Shown here: positions 61,872 through 64,000 of the stretch, one piece after another
Numbering within the stretch: the stretch's first letter is position 1
How the letters are laid out: every line of letters begins with the position of its first letter
Source of the DNA: Actinomycetota bacterium
Lineage (GTDB): Bacteria; Actinomycetota; UBA4738; JACQTL01
Reading direction: 5' to 3'
Assembly (NCBI GenBank): GCA_036394995.1
Contig: DASWED010000111.1
Location: 72,330 to 136,329, forward strand
DNA: 64,000 nucleotides
Notes under the pieces: generated by a model
Seen by the model: the letters and a program-made list of their open reading frames with translations, nothing else
What the model was told of the DNA's origin: nothing
Database searches by the model: none
Program-made: the position numbers and the translations under genes

Positions 61872-64000
61872 TCAGCGCACGGCCAGCACCGCGCACAGCA
61901 CGCCGGTGGCGGCGGGGGCCTCCTCGCCGTAGGAGAGCAGGCCCATGGCCCGGGGATCGTTCACCTTCGTCCAGCCCTCGGGGGTCAGGCGGAACGTCTC
62001 CTGTTCGAGGATCCGGAAGGGGCTTCGCCGGATCAGCTCCTCCCACGAGTCGGCGTCGTACTGGAACATCCAGCCCCGCTCCTCGCGCCGCCCGAACGGA
62101 ACCGAGATCAACACCCGGCCCGAGGGGGCCAGGACCCGGGCCATCTCCTCCAGGGACCGCGCGGCGGCGCCGGGGTCCTTCTGCTGGAACGGCAGCCCGT
62201 ACCGGGTGTTGTCGAACCCCACGTGCTCCAGGGTGGACAGGCAGCACACCAGGTCGAACGAGCCGCTCCGGTACGGGAGGTCCCGGATGTCGGCCCGCAC
62301 GCGCTGCATGCCGGGGACCGAGAGGACGGCGATGTCGAGGCCGTGGAGCGAGGGGATCCCCAGCTCGAGCAGGGCCGTGAGGTACACGCCGGACGCGAAC
62401 GCGTAGCCCAGGTCCAGGACCCGGCGCTCGCCCTCGTACCGCGAGACCATCCATGGGATCTCCACCACCCGCTCGGTGGTGTTCGGTGCGGAGAGGGTCT
62501 CGCCGGGGGGGATCGTGAAGGGGTGGGGGGAGTGGGCCCGTTCCCGCAGCACCTGCTCGAGGGTCAGGACCTCCTGGAACTCCCGGCTGGTGAGCAGGCG
62601 CCGGACCAGCCCGGCCCGGGTGAGCTTGCCGCCGAACGCCAGCTCGGCGTGGGCGTGCCGGAGGGCCTCGGGCTCCGCCGGCCGCCGCAGGATCATCCGG
62701 TACAGGAGGTCCACGTAGGCCGTGACGCCGTCCTGGCCCAGCGTGGCCCCGGCCAGGTCGTCGATGCGGGGGCGCTGCCGGGCGTGCAGGGACTGCTGTT
62801 CGGCCCAGGTCAGGGGCCGACCGGGACGGTGCTCCTCCGGCAGGATCATGGTCGCGGGGTTCTCCTGGCCGCCGACCTCGCGGGCGAACGAGATGTACAG
62901 GTCCCGGCACCGGTTCGGGTCCAGGAACTCGTGAGCGTAGGCCCGGGCATGCTCCTCGACCCCCGCCCGGAACACGGGGTCGCGGGCCAGGTGCAGCAGG
63001 TGCTGACCGACCTGTTCGTCCTGCGGACCATCGATCTCCACCTTGAGCGCGACGTCGGGTGGGAGCTCCGCCCACGAGGCGTAGTTGTTCACGATCACTG
63101 CTCGGCCCTCGGCGAGCGACCGGGCCAGCGTACCGGAGGTCTCACCGGCCGTCGGGTACCGCAGGTTGATGATCGCGTCGCAGGCCCGCATCGCGATGTA
63201 GAACTTCTCGAGGTCGACGTAGCCGGCCATCCGAACGGAGTCGCGGAGTCCCACCTGGTCCACCAGCCGGCCCAGGGCCCCGCCCGTGTGGTCGGCCCCC
63301 ACCATCATCAGCACGGCGTCCGGGAACTCCTGGTGCAGGGCCCAGAAGCCGCGGACCACCGCCCCCGGCTGCTTGGGCCGGGTGATGAACCCGAAGTGGC
63401 CCACCACGAACGCCTCCGGCGGGAGCTTCAGCCGCCGCCGGGCCTCCTCCCGGTCGATCCCCTCCACGGCCCCGGGGGGCTCGCCTGCATGGTGGGGGAT
63501 GACCACCAGCGGCACGTTCGGCGCCGCCTCGCGCATGCGGTCCGCAGCGTCCTGGCTGTGCACCACGATGCCCCGGGCCTTCTGGGCCACGTGCGCCGTG
63601 AGCGGGAACAGGAACTTCTCGTAGTCGGTGGCGATGGCGTTCCGGCGGAGGTTGGCCAGCCGGGTTCCCCGTTCGCCGTACTCGCCGTGGAGGATGCCCT
63701 CGTACCGGGCATCGTCCCCGCCGGCCTCGATCGTGACGTGCGCGATGAGGTGGTGGAGCACCGCGTCGTGGAACACCGCGATCTCGGGGTTCTTGCGGGC
63801 CAGTGTGTAGATGTACTCGTGGTACGGGTTGTTCCCCAGGTGGTAGTAGACGGCGTCGTATGCCTCCCGGTAGAAGACGACCGGGTCCCGGAGCTTCGCT
63901 CCCTCCGGCACGTGGGGCTTGCGGAACGCGCCGGGCCGGGGGCACACCACGTCGATCTCCACCTTCTGGGCCAGGTACGGGACGATCTCGGTGGTGTAGT
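61872..64000 (-). CDS. GT4-type glycosyltransferase fused to a C-terminal class I SAM-methyltransferase domain (5' end beyond the window)
   Basis: GT-B C-terminal pattern: LMMVGAD, GYVDLEKFYIAMRACDAIINLRYPTAGETSGTLARSLAEGRAVIV. About 150 aa of linker follows, then MTase motifs RVLDLGYAFASG, DIRDLPYRSGSFDLVCCLSTLEHVG and LAPSGRVLISVP. The frame stays open to the window edge (YTTEIVPYLAQKVEIDVV). Confidence 0.8.
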   Translation of the reverse strand, partial: YTTEIVPYLAQKVEIDVVCPRPGAFRKPHVPEGAKLRDPVVFYREAYDAVYYHLGNNPYHEYIYTLARKNPEIAVFHDAVLHHLIAHVTIEAGGDDARYEGILHGEYGERGTRLANLRRNAIATDYEKFLFPLTAHVAQKARGIVVHSQDAADRMREAAPNVPLVVIPHHAGEPPGAVEGIDREEARRRLKLPPEAFVVGHFGFITRPKQPGAVVRGFWALHQEFPDAVLMMVGADHTGGALGRLVDQVGLRDSVRMAGYVDLEKFYIAMRACDAIINLRYPTAGETSGTLARSLAEGRAVIVNNYASWAELPPDVALKVEIDGPQDEQVGQHLLHLARDPVFRAGVEEHARAYAHEFLDPNRCRDLYISFAREVGGQENPATMILPEEHRPGRPLTWAEQQSLHARQRPRIDDLAGATLGQDGVTAYVDLLYRMILRRPAEPEALRHAHAELAFGGKLTRAGLVRRLLTSREFQEVLTLEQVLRERAHSPHPFTIPPGETLSAPNTTERVVEIPWMVSRYEGERRVLDLGYAFASGVYLTALLELGIPSLHGLDIAVLSVPGMQRVRADIRDLPYRSGSFDLVCCLSTLEHVGFDNTRYGLPFQQKDPGAAARSLEEMARVLAPSGRVLISVPFGRREERGWMFQYDADSWEELIRRSPFRILEQETFRLTPEGWTKVNDPRAMGLLSYGEEAPAATGVLCAVLAVR

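Noticed and set aside
1-64000. Search for tRNA, rRNA, tmRNA, RNase P, SRP RNA, CRISPR arrays, intact IS elements with terminal inverted repeats, and integrases.
   Set aside because: No intergenic gap has a cloverleaf-sized or conserved RNA signature that I could recognise by eye. No transposase or integrase motifs were found. This is absence by eye only; tRNAscan-SE, Infernal and ISEScan would be the decisive checks.

Overview
Very GC-rich window (about 70% by eye, not computed) that looks like an Actinomycetota chromosome. It is densely coding, with roughly 55 genes. I found no rRNA, tRNA, CRISPR array or intact IS element. Many long antisense shadow ORFs in the six-frame track (Arg/Pro/Gly/Ala-rich) were discarded.

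Backbone content:
- Acyl-CoA and C2-C4 carbon metabolism: pccB plus a small epsilon-like subunit, ccr, mce, thiolase, acyl-CoA dehydrogenase, an Acs-like ligase, a hotdog thioesterase, and phosphoketolase with ackA.
- Three ECF sigma modules. Two are coupled to membrane-anchored Asp-box beta-propeller proteins and one to an RskA-type anti-sigma.
- DNA-end processing: nurA-herA plus sbcD-sbcC.
- A cell-envelope glycopolymer cluster: tandem LCP ligases, a sugar-1-P nucleotidyltransferase and a glycosyltransferase-methyltransferase fusion.

Most interesting observations:
1. A tightly linked two-gene module at 22194..26316 (minus strand). It encodes a tandem-2TM DUF4231/SLATT protein followed by a TIR / single-TM / coiled-coil / roughly 15-blade WD40 protein. 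I read it as a candidate Thoeris-like signalling-plus-membrane-effector conflict system with a Toll-receptor-like topology.
2. A translationally coupled pair of giant ORFs at about 31.5..39.0 kb (at least 1135 aa and 1324 aa). I see no recognisable catalytic motifs. The first carries a textbook Tat motif, and an HNH-endonuclease relic lies just upstream.
3. Several genes need a 1-nt frame correction or a non-canonical start: the VOC paralog, the Ser/Thr kinase, the Tat-signal start and the HAD start. This means either gene decay or consensus indel errors, and it must be resolved before over-interpreting anything here.

All family assignments come from reading motifs by eye. No database search was run.
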